Sequence record: NC_129764.1
Source of the DNA: a phage
Reading direction: 5' to 3' (one strand)
DNA: 51,099 bases
A program made the position numbers and the translations under genes. Each line of letters starts with the position of its first letter. The stretch's first letter is position 1. Below the pieces are notes generated by a model. The model searched no databases. It had not been told where the DNA came from and saw only the letters and a list, made by a program, of their open reading frames with translations. Below, in pieces: positions 26,077 through 35,796 of the stretch.

Positions 26077-29000
26077 ATGATTCAAAAAGTGATAAGTGGT
26101 TCGAAAGGCGGCTCTCCTAAGCCTCACAATCCAGTTGAAATGGAAGATAACCTGATCTCAATCAACAAAATAAAGATTCTTCTGGCAGTATCTGATGGCG
26201 AGATTGACGAAACATTCAACCTCAAGCAGCTGATGTTTAACTCAGTCCCGGTGCAAAACGAGGATGGCTCTTTCAACTTTGAAGGCGTAACGGCAGAGTT
26301 CAGGTCGGGCACGCAAACTCAGGAATATATCAAGGGGATGGAAGATAGCTCTAGTGAGGTAACTGTAAACCGTGAGGTTACTACAGATAACCCATACACG
26401 ATCTCAGTAACCAACAAAACGCTTTCGGCAATCCGTATCAAAATGTTTATGCCTCGCGGCGTACGAATTGAGAGCAACGGAGACAAAAACGGCGTTCGAG
26501 TTGAGTACGAAGTGCAGCAAGCGGTTGATGGCGGTTCGTTTGAAAAGGTTCTATCTGACGTAATCGAAGGCAAAACAATGTCAGGTTATGATCGAAGCCG
26601 ACGCATAAACCTTCCGAGCTTCAACAATCAGGTGATATTCAGAGTCGTTCGTAAAACTCCAGACTCTAGCGACTCGAACGTTGTTGACGCGATTCAGGTA
26701 AAGAGCTATGCCGAGGTGATTGATGCAAAATTCCGTTACCCTCTGACTGGTCTTCTTTTCGTCGAGTTCGATTCGAAGATGTTCCCAAACCAGTTACCTA
26801 CGATCTCAATTCGTAAGCGATGGAAGATTGTAAACGTTCCTTCGAACTACGATCCAGAATCACGAACTTATAACGGGAATTGGGATGGAACTTTTAAGAA
26901 GGCGTGGACGAATAATCCGGCTTGGGTGCTTTATGACCTGATGATTAATCAGCGTTATGGTCTGGATCAGAAGGAGCTTGGAATATCTGTCGATAAATGG
27001 GCGCTATATGAGGCGGCGCAATATTGCGACCAGATGGTCCCTGACGGCAAAGGCGGCACAGAGCCTCGCTACCTTTGCGACGTGATAATTCAATCTCAGA
27101 CTGATGCGTACAAGGTGATTCGAGATATTTGCTCAATCTTCCGTGGAATGAGTTTTTGGAATGGTGAAAGCATTTCGGTAATCATCGACAGGCCACGTGA
27201 GCCTGCGTACATCTTCACTAACGACAACGTTGTTAACGGTGACTTCTCCTATACTTTCGCAAGCGAGAAAAGTATGTACACGACGTGCAACGTGATGTTT
27301 GATGATGAACAAAACATGTATCAGCAGGACGTTGAGCCAGTATTCGATCGAGAAGCCACTCTACGGTTCGGGAATAACGTAACAAGCATTACAGCGATCG
27401 GTTGCACACGTCGAAGTGAAGCTAACCGTCGCGGACGATGGATTCTGAAAACAAACCTTCGCAGCACTACGGTAAACTTTGCTACCGGGCTTGAGGGTAT
27501 GATTCCGACAATTGGAGATGTTGTAGCGATAGCTGATAACTTCTGGTCAAGTAACTTGACTATGAACCTGTCAGGGCGTTTGCTCGAAGTGTCTGGAAGT
27601 CAGATTTTCCTGCCGTTCCGCGTTGATGCTCGCGCAGGTGACTTTATTATCGTAAATAAGCCCGATGGCAAGCCCGTGAAGCGCACAATCTCAAGTGTTA
27701 GTGCGGATGGTAAGACTATAGAGGTTAACATCGGCTTTGGCTTTCCTGTGAAGCCTAACACGGTATTCGCAATCGACCGTACCGACATTGCGTTGCAGCA
27801 GTACATCGTGACCAAAATCGACAAGGGTGATGATGATGAGGAATTTACCTACAAAATCACGGCAGTGGAGTACGATCCTAACAAGTACGATGAGATTGAT
27901 TACGGAGTTAACATCGACGACCGACCGACGAGCATCGTTGAGCCAGATCAGATCCCTAAACCGGAAAACGTGAAAGTGTCCTCAGAGTCGAGAATCGTTC
28001 AGGGGATGAGCGTAGAAACGATGATTGTTAGCTGGGATAAAGTGCCTTACGCAGTTTTCTATGACGTCCAGTGGCGAAAGGATAACGGCAACTGGCAAAA
28101 TGTACCGCAGACGGCAAATAAAGAGGTATACGTTGAAGGCATTTACGCTGGAAACTATCAGGTTCGCGTGCGATCCGTCGCTGGTTCAGGCACGACTTCA
28201 GGTTGGTCAAATATCGTAGCTGCGACGCTGACGGGTAAACAAGGTGAGCCGGGACGACCGATTAACCTTACAGCTACGGATGATGTTGTTTTTGGTATCC
28301 GTACAAAATGGGGGTTCTCTGATGGTTCTGGAGATACGGCCTACACGGAGTTGCAGCAGTCACCGGATGGAACAGTGGATAGCGCAAGTTTGCTTTCTTT
28401 GATTCCGTATCCGCAGCATGAGTATTATCACTCACCGATGCCTGGAGGGAATATTGTGTGGTATCGGGTAAGGACGGTTGACAGGATCGGTAACGTATCT
28501 CAGTGGACTGATTTTGTCAGAGGCATGGCATCAACAAACGTTGACGATATCATCGGAGAGATTTCTGTCGATATCGAAAACTCGCCGGGTTACGAGTGGC
28601 TTGTTGATAACGCAACAGACAACGCGGCGCAGAACGCAGCTAACGCAGAGGCAGCAATAGAAAACGCGCTCGCCAATGACAAAGATGCGATCTACATGAA
28701 GAAGGAGAACGGAAAACGAAAAGCTGAGTACACGAAATCACTTAAACTTATTGCTGATGAGACGCAGGCGCGAGTGACGTCGATCGAGCAGTTGAAGGCA
28801 AGTTTTGACGATCAGATTAGCGCAAGCAATAGCGAGTTGCGTGAAGTTATAGCGACCGAGACTGGAGCGATATCGCGTGAAATTGACCAACTCAAGGCTC
28901 AGATTGGTGACGATATTCAGGCGAGCTTGACAGATATCCGAGAGGCTATCGCAAACGAGACTGAGGCCAGAACTCAGGCCGACTTAACGTTAAACGCGAG

Positions 29001-29529
29001 GCTTGGAAATAACGAGGCGGCACTTGCTCAAAAACTTGACTCTTGGAGTAATGCGAGTTCTACCGGGGCGATGTACGGCGTTAAGCTGGGGCTGAAATAC
29101 AACGGGCAGGAATACAGCGCAGGAATGGCTATGTCCCTGATTGGTTCCGGCGCGGCTGTTAAGGCTCAGATTCTTTTTGAGGCGTCACGATTTGCAATCA
29201 TGACCGGGATGAATGGAAAGACACAATACCCGTTTGTTGTTGAGAATGGTCAGGTTATTTTAAGTAGCGCGATCATTAAAAACGGATTCATCACTAATGC
29301 TATGATTGGAAACGTTATTCAATCGAATAACTTCTCTTCAGGTAGTGCTGGATGGATGGTTAACAAGAATGGATCGGCTGAGTTTAATGCGGTTACTGTC
29401 AGAGGCAAACTTTACGCAAGTAACGGTGAGTTTGCATTCAACGGAACGGGTAATACCGTTCAGATTAACAATAACGGCATCACGGTAAACTTACCTGGTG
29501 GCGGGAAAGTTGTAGTGGGGAGGTGGTAA
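26077..29529 (+). CDS. tail tip / host specificity protein (J-like, 1150 aa)
   Basis: Size and position after the I-like gene. Confidence 0.85.
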   Translation: MIQKVISGSKGGSPKPHNPVEMEDNLISINKIKILLAVSDGEIDETFNLKQLMFNSVPVQNEDGSFNFEGVTAEFRSGTQTQEYIKGMEDSSSEVTVNREVTTDNPYTISVTNKTLSAIRIKMFMPRGVRIESNGDKNGVRVEYEVQQAVDGGSFEKVLSDVIEGKTMSGYDRSRRINLPSFNNQVIFRVVRKTPDSSDSNVVDAIQVKSYAEVIDAKFRYPLTGLLFVEFDSKMFPNQLPTISIRKRWKIVNVPSNYDPESRTYNGNWDGTFKKAWTNNPAWVLYDLMINQRYGLDQKELGISVDKWALYEAAQYCDQMVPDGKGGTEPRYLCDVIIQSQTDAYKVIRDICSIFRGMSFWNGESISVIIDRPREPAYIFTNDNVVNGDFSYTFASEKSMYTTCNVMFDDEQNMYQQDVEPVFDREATLRFGNNVTSITAIGCTRRSEANRRGRWILKTNLRSTTVNFATGLEGMIPTIGDVVAIADNFWSSNLTMNLSGRLLEVSGSQIFLPFRVDARAGDFIIVNKPDGKPVKRTISSVSADGKTIEVNIGFGFPVKPNTVFAIDRTDIALQQYIVTKIDKGDDDEEFTYKITAVEYDPNKYDEIDYGVNIDDRPTSIVEPDQIPKPENVKVSSESRIVQGMSVETMIVSWDKVPYAVFYDVQWRKDNGNWQNVPQTANKEVYVEGIYAGNYQVRVRSVAGSGTTSGWSNIVAATLTGKQGEPGRPINLTATDDVVFGIRTKWGFSDGSGDTAYTELQQSPDGTVDSASLLSLIPYPQHEYYHSPMPGGNIVWYRVRTVDRIGNVSQWTDFVRGMASTNVDDIIGEISVDIENSPGYEWLVDNATDNAAQNAANAEAAIENALANDKDAIYMKKENGKRKAEYTKSLKLIADETQARVTSIEQLKASFDDQISASNSELREVIATETGAISREIDQLKAQIGDDIQASLTDIREAIANETEARTQADLTLNARLGNNEAALAQKLDSWSNASSTGAMYGVKLGLKYNGQEYSAGMAMSLIGSGAAVKAQILFEASRFAIMTGMNGKTQYPFVVENGQVILSSAIIKNGFITNAMIGNVIQSNNFSSGSAGWMVNKNGSAEFNAVTVRGKLYASNGEFAFNGTGNTVQINNNGITVNLPGGGKVVVGRW

Positions 29530-29536
29530 AATATAA

Positions 29537-29558
29537 GGGGCCGAGTGGCCCCTTTTTT
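29537..29558. terminator. bidirectional intrinsic terminator
   Basis: ggggccgagtggcccc stem with T-run on plus and A-run upstream; sits between convergent genes. Confidence 0.7.
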
Positions 29559-30531
29559 AATACATGTTCGGAAGAACTATCAACGGAGATTGAATTGCTA
29601 TGTTCCTGTTAGGCATCACGAATTGCTGTCGAGAGTAGTTACCAACAACCTTGTTTTTAGCGACTCTTATTTTGTTACCTGCCATTCTGATCCCGTTCAT
29701 CCTTACGTGGTTGTATCCCCCATTGCTTTCAATCAAAGCGCCGCAGTATGATAGCTGAATAAGGCTGTTCCCTATATCCTGATCCCCTGTGCCGATATTG
29801 ATTACGCGGTTGTAAACGAATGGCTTATTTACTGTAGAGAAAGTAACCTGACCTTGCTTGTTGGTCATAGTTATACCGTTACCGCCACGCGGTGGAGTGT
29901 TATTGAATATCACCAAATCCATAGTAACAGAAGCCGTAACGTCATCTCTTCCCCCGTATGATGCATTCCTTACCGTGATGTTTGAACCGTCAAATCCAAC
30001 GCTTACATTAGGATCGTTCCATCTAGCGAAAGGAATGCCGCTTACTGGCAATTTCATGTTTCCATTAACAGTTATTCGATTTGAATATTGGCACGTCATT
30101 AATTTTGCCACGTTTGATATAGCGGTGAAGTCAGTCGAGTTTGCAACAAGTAGACCCTCATTTCTTGTGCCGACTGGTAATATCTCCATGACAGTACCAG
30201 CCCACTGAGGTAGCCCGGTATATGCACTCAATGCATCCTCACCTCTAATTATCACTCCGCTATTGCCATTCCTTGATACCGTCGTCGCATAAAACGGATC
30301 TGGTATTACAAGAGTCTGGTCAAATACCTCAATAACATCAACAGGTTTTGTGAAAACAACAACAACCTGAGATCCTGGCGTCAATGGAGTATTAACAGTC
30401 AACGTTTTATTTGATTGCGCCCTCTGATTAAAGTTAGCGCAGAATGACGGTGCGCGAAGCCCTGCCGTTATTTGCATCGCTGGTCGTCCGTCATTGTAGT
30501 TTACATATATCCCCTCACCCATAATTACCAC
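29557..30531 (-). CDS. hypothetical protein (324 aa), co-transcribed with lipoprotein; possible receptor-binding or exclusion accessory
   Basis: Long minus-strand ORF overlapping the lipoprotein gene end; function unassigned. Confidence 0.5.
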   Translation of the reverse strand: MVIMGEGIYVNYNDGRPAMQITAGLRAPSFCANFNQRAQSNKTLTVNTPLTPGSQVVVVFTKPVDVIEVFDQTLVIPDPFYATTVSRNGNSGVIIRGEDALSAYTGLPQWAGTVMEILPVGTRNEGLLVANSTDFTAISNVAKLMTCQYSNRITVNGNMKLPVSGIPFARWNDPNVSVGFDGSNITVRNASYGGRDDVTASVTMDLVIFNNTPPRGGNGITMTNKQGQVTFSTVNKPFVYNRVINIGTGDQDIGNSLIQLSYCGALIESNGGYNHVRMNGIRMAGNKIRVAKNKVVGNYSRQQFVMPNRNIAIQSPLIVLPNMY

Positions 30532-30755
30532 TCCTTAGTTTTGACTGAGATCTTACCGCTAAAGTTGCCCTGATTGTCGTCTGATGAAAGGCCTTTGAAT
30601 CGCATGTCAACTTCTCCAGCAGGTACTTTCTTACCGTCAACGAATCGCATCATGCAAGATCCGTAAGCGTAAGTAACACAGTCGCCATTCTTAAGATTCT
30701 GAGCGCAACCAGTCAGGATGAACGCAGCGGCGATAATGGTGATTAACTTTTTCAT
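30525..30755 (-). CDS. lipoprotein, Cor/Llp-like superinfection exclusion candidate (76 aa)
   Basis: Signal peptide with lipobox LTGC; small size; location next to tail genes as in FhuA-dependent phages. Confidence 0.55.
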   Translation of the reverse strand: MKKLITIIAAAFILTGCAQNLKNGDCVTYAYGSCMMRFVDGKKVPAGEVDMRFKGLSSDDNQGNFSGKISVKTKEW

Positions 30756-31282
30756 TTGTATGCCCTCGTCGTTAGTGTGTTTGAATTGTATGTCGCATTT
30801 ACTTTTATTGCAATAGTTCGATTACAATTTTTTTCGCGTAACAGGTGTCTATTTTTGTAACTGGAAGTGGTGTTACAAAATCGACCTCATTCGACCGCAG
30901 GTAGATATGATAAAAACTCTATATAATATATATAGATAGATAATATTTAATTTTAGCTTTATATATATAATTATTGCTGTGTAACAGTTGTCTATCATGT
31001 AACAGGTGATTTGATTGATTCGTCAAATTTCTATCATATATGTTCAAAATTTAATCAATCTTGGTTCTATTCATGGATATCTGTGTATTTATAAGAAAAA
31101 GCGGTTACAAGTGTTACACAATATACACCACATAAAATCAGTGTTAATCTATTGATTCCATTGATGCTGGTTGTAACTTGAGCGATATAGACACACGATT
31201 ACACACCAATTACATGTATTCGATTGACTAAACGCTGTTAATGGCTATAATGAATTCATCGTAAACGAAGGAGATAAACGAA
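30756..31282. promoter_or_regulatory. AT-rich divergent control region with GTAACA/GTTACA repeats and TATAGATAATA tracts
   Basis: No ORF; AT tract 30900-30980; repeats gtaacag/gttacaa; GTGGTGTTACAAAAT at 30868-30881 matches 169-181. Confidence 0.55.
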
Positions 31283-32347
31283 ATGTTCCAGGTATTCACA
31301 TCAAACCAGCTTTCTAATGACGAGTATCATAGCAATGAAGGTTGGGCGGCAGAGTATGTAAGCGGATCGAGCCTTGCAGAAATTTATCAGACCTGCCCGG
31401 CTAACTGGCGATTCAAGAAAAACGAGACAACGAAAGCGCTGGAGTTCGGTACTCAGTCTCATACCAACTTCGAGAGTCGCGATCTGTTTACTGCAACTTA
31501 TGCTCGTTGTCCGGCTCCGTCAGAGTTTAAAGATCTCATTACTTCGCAAGCCGCTCTGGCATCGAAATTAAAATCATTCGGCCTGAAAGGTACATCCGGT
31601 AAGCAGTACCCCGATCTCATCAAAATGATGGTTGATTGTGGTGAGGAACTAAACGTTCAATACCTGATTGAACTGATCGCAGAAGCTGAGGCGCGCGCTG
31701 AAGGAAAGAAACTCGTTGACGCTGACAAATACGATGCATGCATGAAAATGAGAGCCATTCTTGAGCAAAACCCGGATCATGAAGCGTGCATCAACAGTGA
31801 AACGGCGCAGCGTGAGATTTCAATCTTCGGTGAGATATCCGGCGTCAAAGTTAAGGTTCGACTCGATCATCTTGACTACAAAGAGAATGTCCCGGGTCGT
31901 GTGCTGACTGGTTATGATGAGAATGGCGATCCGGTTTATGAAGACGTAATTTTCCCGGAAGCGCTGATTATAACTGACTTCAAAACCACGATGAGCGCCA
32001 ACCCGTTAGAGTTCCCGAGACTGGCATACAATCACGGGTATTATCTGAAAATGGCCTTGCAGCATGACCTGCTACGACGCGCAATCCAGGCTGGCGCTTT
32101 TGAGGGTAACTTCCCGGAAGATATCCCGATCGTAGTTCGATTGCTGGCTCAGGAGAAAAAAGAGCCTTACATCGCACTTGCTTACCGTATGACTATGGAG
32201 CAAATCAGGATCGGTCGTAGCCAGTATGTTAGCGTAGTCCACACTTACAAGGCTTGCTCTGAAATGGATGTTTGGCCTGGGTACGCTGGCGACGCAAGCG
32301 AGATTGAACTTGAAACGCCATCATGGGTGCGTTACCAAAATAAGTAA
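31283..32347 (+). CDS. putative recombination exonuclease (PD-(D/E)XK-like, 354 aa)
   Basis: Position upstream of Erf and SSB; D-x-K-like segment ITDFKTT. Confidence 0.5.
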   Translation: MFQVFTSNQLSNDEYHSNEGWAAEYVSGSSLAEIYQTCPANWRFKKNETTKALEFGTQSHTNFESRDLFTATYARCPAPSEFKDLITSQAALASKLKSFGLKGTSGKQYPDLIKMMVDCGEELNVQYLIELIAEAEARAEGKKLVDADKYDACMKMRAILEQNPDHEACINSETAQREISIFGEISGVKVKVRLDHLDYKENVPGRVLTGYDENGDPVYEDVIFPEALIITDFKTTMSANPLEFPRLAYNHGYYLKMALQHDLLRRAIQAGAFEGNFPEDIPIVVRLLAQEKKEPYIALAYRMTMEQIRIGRSQYVSVVHTYKACSEMDVWPGYAGDASEIELETPSWVRYQNK

Positions 32348-32421
32348 ACGGCACAAATAGCTAAACAAATAATTAATGAGGTGTTATAATGCACCTCATA
32401 CACCAATCAGGAGAAGTTAAG

Positions 32422-33069
32422 ATGCAATTATCACCAGAAACAAACGAAATTCTTCCCGCACTGTTCAATGCTCGCAACAAATTTGCTAAAGCAAAGAAGG
32501 ACGCAAAAAACAATCACCTGAAAAATTCATACGCAACCCTTGATGCAATGATGGCGGCCGTTAGCCCGGCGCTCACCGATAACGATATTATGATCCTGCA
32601 ATCAATGCTTGACACCAGCACGGAAACAACCTTCCATCTTGAAACGATGCTGATTCACAAATCCGGGCAATGGGCCAAGTTCTTCATGATGATGCCTATT
32701 GCAAAGCGCGATCCTCAAGGTGTAGGTTCAGCGATGACGTATGCTCGGCGTTACTCATTAGCCGCAGCGCTGGGGATTAGCCAGAGTGATGACGATGCTC
32801 AACTTGCAGTGAAATCTGTCAAGGACTGGAAAAAAGAACTTGATGCGTGCGAAGATATCGAATCACTGAAAGAGGTATGGGCTAACGCTTACCGACAGAC
32901 GGACACGGCAAGCAAGTCAATCATTCAGGATCACTACAACGCACTTAAGGCTAAGTTTGAGATCGGTAAAGCTCGCGGCATTCGCCCGGCGCAACCGGAA
33001 CAGAAAAAACAGGTTGAAGCAACGAGCGCGAAGCCTGTACAATCTCAATCAATCACCAACTTCGAATAA
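32422..33069 (+). CDS. erf: Erf-like single-strand annealing protein (215 aa)
   Basis: ERF-family-like sequence (AMTYARRYSLAAALGI); RBS context caatcaggagaagttaagATG. Confidence 0.6.
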   Translation: MQLSPETNEILPALFNARNKFAKAKKDAKNNHLKNSYATLDAMMAAVSPALTDNDIMILQSMLDTSTETTFHLETMLIHKSGQWAKFFMMMPIAKRDPQGVGSAMTYARRYSLAAALGISQSDDDAQLAVKSVKDWKKELDACEDIESLKEVWANAYRQTDTASKSIIQDHYNALKAKFEIGKARGIRPAQPEQKKQVEATSAKPVQSQSITNFE

Positions 33070-33115
33070 TCATCAGGGCGGCTTCGGTCGCCCATAAATT
33101 TTAGGAGAGAAAATT

Positions 33116-33538
33116 ATGCATATTATAACTGGCGAGATCCGAAAAGAACCTAAGATTCTGGAACGTAACGGCGGCAATACTTACATCATCGAACTGGCAG
33201 AAAGCTACAAGCCTCGTGATGGGGATCGCGAATACACCAACTACACATTCTTTTTCAGCGACGGTGGAAAGCCCGGCCTTGCTGACTGGTATCGTGATGC
33301 GTTCCAGGTTGGTCGAGTCATTTCAGTATCGTGCGAAACGTTGAAGATCTCATCCCGTGAGCACAACGGAACTGTTTACAATTCATTGCAGGCGGCTGAC
33401 TTCCCCAAACTTGTTTTCAGTCAACGAGGTCAAGGTAATCAGCAACAACGAGCGCTGAATCAACAGCAACGCACTCAACAGCAATCACAACCAAAACCAA
33501 ATCCTCAGTCAACTTTCGACGACGATATTCCGTTTTAA
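33116..33538 (+). CDS. ssb: single-stranded DNA-binding protein (140 aa)
   Basis: C-terminal acidic tail DDDIPF preceded by Gln-rich linker. Confidence 0.8.
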   Translation: MHIITGEIRKEPKILERNGGNTYIIELAESYKPRDGDREYTNYTFFFSDGGKPGLADWYRDAFQVGRVISVSCETLKISSREHNGTVYNSLQAADFPKLVFSQRGQGNQQQRALNQQQRTQQQSQPKPNPQSTFDDDIPF

Positions 33539-33540
33539 TA

Positions 33541-33575
33541 AGAAAGCCCCGCATTGCGGGGCTTTCTTTTATTCT
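33541..33575. terminator. bidirectional intrinsic terminator
   Basis: aaagccccgcattgcggggcttt stem with flanking T-run. Confidence 0.7.
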
Positions 33576-35695
33576 TCTTTGCAACCTGTTGCGTGTGCTT
33601 CCTCCCACTCGCTTCTTTTTGCCCCGTTTCTTACTTCTCGCTCCATCCTTTCTAATTCGGTGTTGTAAATGCTGTTAGGTGGCATTTCAACACGGATGCT
33701 AACGAAAACATCATTCGGTATGTCGATCGGATCGCCGTTCGAATAACCTTCCTTATCGTTCCTTGCGAACTTCGGCGCACTCTCATGCGTTCGATGGAAT
33801 GTTTTAAGGATTATTGATCCATCGGCGTTTACTTCATAATCAACCCACAATAGCGGCTGCTTGTTTATGTCAACCGGGATTTCGATTCCACCACTAATGC
33901 CACCCCAAGCAAGATCGGAGTTCAATCCTGTGCATCCTTCAATAAGGTACTCGCCAACCCCGATTCGCTGAACGGTGCAGCCCTCAGATTCGTCGTTGGT
34001 TTCGAAAGAATCCCTCTTAACCCTCACGATCGGTGAAGCTCGCTTGATAAATCCATTGCCATCTACGGTTGTGTTTTTAGTTCCCCATAGAGCATTGACT
34101 TGAACCACGCCACTATTGAGGCCGCTATTGTTCGCGCCGATAGAGTAAACGTTAGCATTCCTGTAGTCAACTGAAAGCAATCCGAATGTATCACCTGCAA
34201 GCATGTAGATAGCTGCGTTATGCTGGAAGTTAGCTCCACCTGCAGAAGCCGCACCAGTATTACGCATAACCCTAGAACCTCCAGTATCGCGCATTCCCTT
34301 AATCCAAGCTCCAATATTTGGTTGATTTATATCCTTACCAGCACCTATTACCATAGTCTTATCACTATCTATTATAACCCTTCCGTCATATGCAACAGAG
34401 CTATCATCTCTCAACTGTAGTGCTCTATTAGACGTTCCGTTTTTAAAATAAACATCATTTCCACCAACACCAATATAACCAGATTGATTTGGCCTTCCCT
34501 GATCGGAACGCTTAATTGTAATTCCGTATTCTACACTTGGGGATGCGCTAGTTAGAACCTCCTTCCACGCACCATAATTACCATTATTCATACATCTGAA
34601 CATCATCCTTCCAGAACTTGAGTAAGATCCAGAGAGTTGAAATTTGTAATTATTGCCCTTAGTGCAATTAAATGTTACAACACCCAAAAACTGACCATCA
34701 CCAATACCGAATGGCTTTCCAAAGTTACCCCCTTCACCAACATAGAATCCATTTGCCAGATTAACAGAATTACCCTCAGATAATGAGTTTACAAGTCCAG
34801 CACTTGATTGAAGGCCAAGCCCAAACTTATCTATATCAAGATTTGTTCTTGCAACGCTTTTGTTTGTCAATCCACTAAGATTACCATCCTTCGTTAACAG
34901 GTTGTCAGCGTTAATGCTATTAGCTGCGTCCTTTGCTTCCTGAGCGCTAACCGATGCCGCATCTTTTGCACTAACAGCATCGTCACGAGCCGCCTGTGCG
35001 TCGTTTTTTGCTGAGGTTGCAGTTTGCGCCGCCGCCTGGGCGTTGTTAACGTAACCTGACAGATCTCCTTTGGCGTCATTGATTGCTTTAATGGCTGCTT
35101 TCTCTTCCGTGTCGATGTGCGTAATCGCCGCTGATTCTTTAGAGCCTACATCTGTGATCGCTTGTTCTTTTGCTGCATTGATGCTACCGACAGCCCCGTC
35201 AACAATTTGCTGAACTTGGCCTTTGGTGGCTTTAGCTTCGTCACGTGCTGCATTCGCTGAGTCGCGAGCAAGTTCCGCTTGATTCTGTGCAGATTCAGCG
35301 GCTGATTTGTTCGCCTTAATTTCTTCAACGATGCGGTTAAGGTTATCCATATCCAGACTCGCAATGATATCCATTGCCCCGGCAATCTCAGTCTCTTTGC
35401 TTTGATAGTATCGAAGCGTCTCAGCGACGTTTTGAGCCAATCCGTTAACAGTCAGTGAATCGTTAAGCAAGATCACATACTTACCGTCAGAGGCAGTCTG
35501 ACCGTCGGTAGAGATAGCCTTTAATTCTGTGTCGCTAACGATATCGCTAATCACCGCCAGCTTAATTGGTTGCTCAAGGAACACGATAGTTGCACCTACG
35601 CGAATAAGAGCAAGCTGATCTTTCCATTTTGTATCGGTTCCGTGAACCGTTCCGTCTGCATCCATTGATGCCGTACCGCGTCTGTATAAAGCCAT
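33569..35695 (-). CDS. tail fibre protein (708 aa)
   Basis: Long ORF with Ala/Lys/Asp-rich coiled-coil N-terminal part and Gly/Asn-rich distal region. Confidence 0.65.
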   Translation of the reverse strand: MALYRRGTASMDADGTVHGTDTKWKDQLALIRVGATIVFLEQPIKLAVISDIVSDTELKAISTDGQTASDGKYVILLNDSLTVNGLAQNVAETLRYYQSKETEIAGAMDIIASLDMDNLNRIVEEIKANKSAAESAQNQAELARDSANAARDEAKATKGQVQQIVDGAVGSINAAKEQAITDVGSKESAAITHIDTEEKAAIKAINDAKGDLSGYVNNAQAAAQTATSAKNDAQAARDDAVSAKDAASVSAQEAKDAANSINADNLLTKDGNLSGLTNKSVARTNLDIDKFGLGLQSSAGLVNSLSEGNSVNLANGFYVGEGGNFGKPFGIGDGQFLGVVTFNCTKGNNYKFQLSGSYSSSGRMMFRCMNNGNYGAWKEVLTSASPSVEYGITIKRSDQGRPNQSGYIGVGGNDVYFKNGTSNRALQLRDDSSVAYDGRVIIDSDKTMVIGAGKDINQPNIGAWIKGMRDTGGSRVMRNTGAASAGGANFQHNAAIYMLAGDTFGLLSVDYRNANVYSIGANNSGLNSGVVQVNALWGTKNTTVDGNGFIKRASPIVRVKRDSFETNDESEGCTVQRIGVGEYLIEGCTGLNSDLAWGGISGGIEIPVDINKQPLLWVDYEVNADGSIILKTFHRTHESAPKFARNDKEGYSNGDPIDIPNDVFVSIRVEMPPNSIYNTELERMEREVRNGAKRSEWEEAHATGCKEE

Positions 35696-35714
35696 AATAT
35701 AAACTCCTTAAGTA

Positions 35715-35734
35715 AATAGCACGAATTGCTAAAT
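35715..35734 (+). promoter_or_regulatory. dyad motif copy AATAGCACGAATTGCTAAAT (reads reversed relative to the tail fibre gene)
   Basis: Sequence match about 20 nt upstream of the tail fibre start; TTGCAA-N17-TAAAAT on minus strand just upstream. Confidence 0.55.
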
Positions 35735-35774
35735 ACAGATTTTATCATTGTGCTATGGGTCTTGCAACGTGCAA

Positions 35775-35796
35775 TAAAAAACCGCCAGAAGGCGGT
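35775..35796 (-). terminator. intrinsic terminator after primase gene
   Basis: accgccagaaggcggt stem with A6 on plus (T-run on minus). Confidence 0.65.
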
